Below are positions 62,731 through 64,000 of a DNA stretch of 64,000 bases, in pieces. Origin of the DNA: Octopus sinensis (Eukaryota); contig NC_043021.1 of the NCBI RefSeq assembly GCF_006345805.1, positions 27,156,001 to 27,220,000 of the forward strand, written 5' to 3'. The translations under genes were made by a program, and so were the position numbers. Position 1 is the first letter of the stretch. The number at the start of each line of letters is the position of its first letter. Under the pieces are notes generated by a model, which saw only the letters and a list, made by a program, of their open reading frames with translations, had not been told where the DNA came from and did no database searches.

Positions 62731-64000
62731 TTATTATTATTGTTATTATTATTTGATGAAAGTTCTCAACTTAGTCTGCTGGGTGTGATGGAAAATGCCA
62801 TGTTAATACATGGCGTTTGTTTATTGGTTATGCTTCAAGAATCCTACAGAGAACTCTTGCAGTTCTAAGCAATGGCTGATTTTTGTAGGTCTTCTAGCCT
62901 TACATTTATTTTTGAGCCAGGTTGGTTGACCCTGACGGTTTGACCAGAGCTGGCAAGCTGCACCAGACTCCACTCTGTTTTGACATGGTTTCTACAGGTG
63001 GATGCCTCTTCCTAGCGCCAACCACTCTGTAGAGTGTGCTGAGTGCTTTTACATGGGACCGCATGGGTGCTTTTACGCGGCACTACATGGATGCTTTAGG
63101 TGGAACCATCACGAGTGCTTTACACCACCTGAGGGACCAGTCTTAACACTTTTGCTGCAGAGTACAGCAAGGCACCAGGTATCTCCGTCCTTTGTCATCT
63201 CACCTGAAAGGTTCAGCATCCTGAGATTGTTCTTCAGCACTTCATCCCATGTGATTCCTGGGTCTTCCACTTCCACGTGCTCCATCTACTTTGTTCTAAG
63301 TTCAGATTCCACTGAGGCTGACTTTACCTTTCATCCCTTCAAGATCAATGAGTACCAATTAAGCCCTGGAGTTGACATAATTGAACCCCCACCTGCACCC
63401 TCTAAAATTCCAGGCTTTGTGCCTATAGTAGAAAAGTGAGCCAGCAGAATCGTTAGCACCCCAGGCAAAATGCTTAGCATTTCTTTGAGGTCTCCTTTGC
63501 TTTTCATCCTTTTGAGGGCAATAAAAATAAAGTACCAATTGAGTACCTGGGCCAATGTACCAGCTTTCCCTGTCAAATGTAATGCTTATCTATTCACAAT
63601 ATTTTGAATTAATCATAGCTTTGAGATTTTGATGATGTAGTCATCTTCTTTTGGACTAACATTGTGGGTAGGTGTGAAAGACCAGATACGACCAGTTTTT
63701 ACATAAAACATGTAGAATATTTAGGCCAGATATGGCCAGTCTAAATGCTAAAGGATTAATTACTTTATAATCTGACAACCATCAATTAATAATACATACA
63801 CAACTACTCTTCTTTTACGATCTTAATATCACCTCAATGCCTTCAACATCACACTTTATCTAAGTTATTTATGTAAATTATAATTACAATAAAGATAATG
63901 ATTATTATTTTAACATTAAATCAAATAAATCACAGGTTCCTTCTACTTTCAGCACTTTTTATGCAGATGTCATCTTCCAGGTACACAACACCTGTTCATA

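Larger units (their letters stand above)
49820..63310. mobile_element. Dispersed short RTE 3'-end copies in RFT1 introns (about 49820-50010-, 51150-51270-, 51900-52170+, 53460-53625-, 54070-54520-, 54565-54745-, 56690-56990+, 57975-58150-, 62930-63310-)
   Basis: Shared GGTTGG..AGGAAGGGCATCC..GTAGAAA..CCATGC(C/T)AGCATGGAAA..GTTAAATGATGATG with the 3' end of 47040-48585. The span is an envelope, not one element. Confidence 0.85.

Noticed and set aside
62214-64000. RFT1 first coding exons and promoter
   Set aside because: I found no sequence encoding the expected ..GVVNVR end or start exon; they presumably lie beyond the window.

Overview
Eukaryotic genomic DNA, extremely rich in microsatellites and transposon remnants. 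The SINE, RTE and Penelope repeat repertoire suggests an octopod cephalopod (inference, not shown directly). One host gene is present: RFT1 on the minus strand. I read 12 GT-AG coding exons by hand (62213 down to the stop at 46225, 1492 nt, phases consistent); the first exons lie beyond the window end. The first 46 kb show no recognisable host gene. They contain a 3.3-kb 29-bp satellite ending at an assembly gap, two Penelope-like elements, two Tx1-clade LINE fragments, several R4/Dong-like, RTE and CR1 fragments, a Chapaev3 deletion derivative with TIRs and TAA TSD, a DD37D (maT) element, mariner pieces and many tRNA-derived SINEs. The most notable signal is a set of minimal type-I hammerhead ribozyme motifs with palindromic stem III. 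Several sit as outward-facing pairs inside long inverted repeats next to (TA)n tracts (26839-27282, 36072-36430), and some have non-canonical cores. Also notable: a Tx1-like LINE and a SINE that share a 3' tail and an (ATCT)n insertion site, and a mariner fold-back made of two 3' ends. All family names come from motif recognition by eye; no database search was run.
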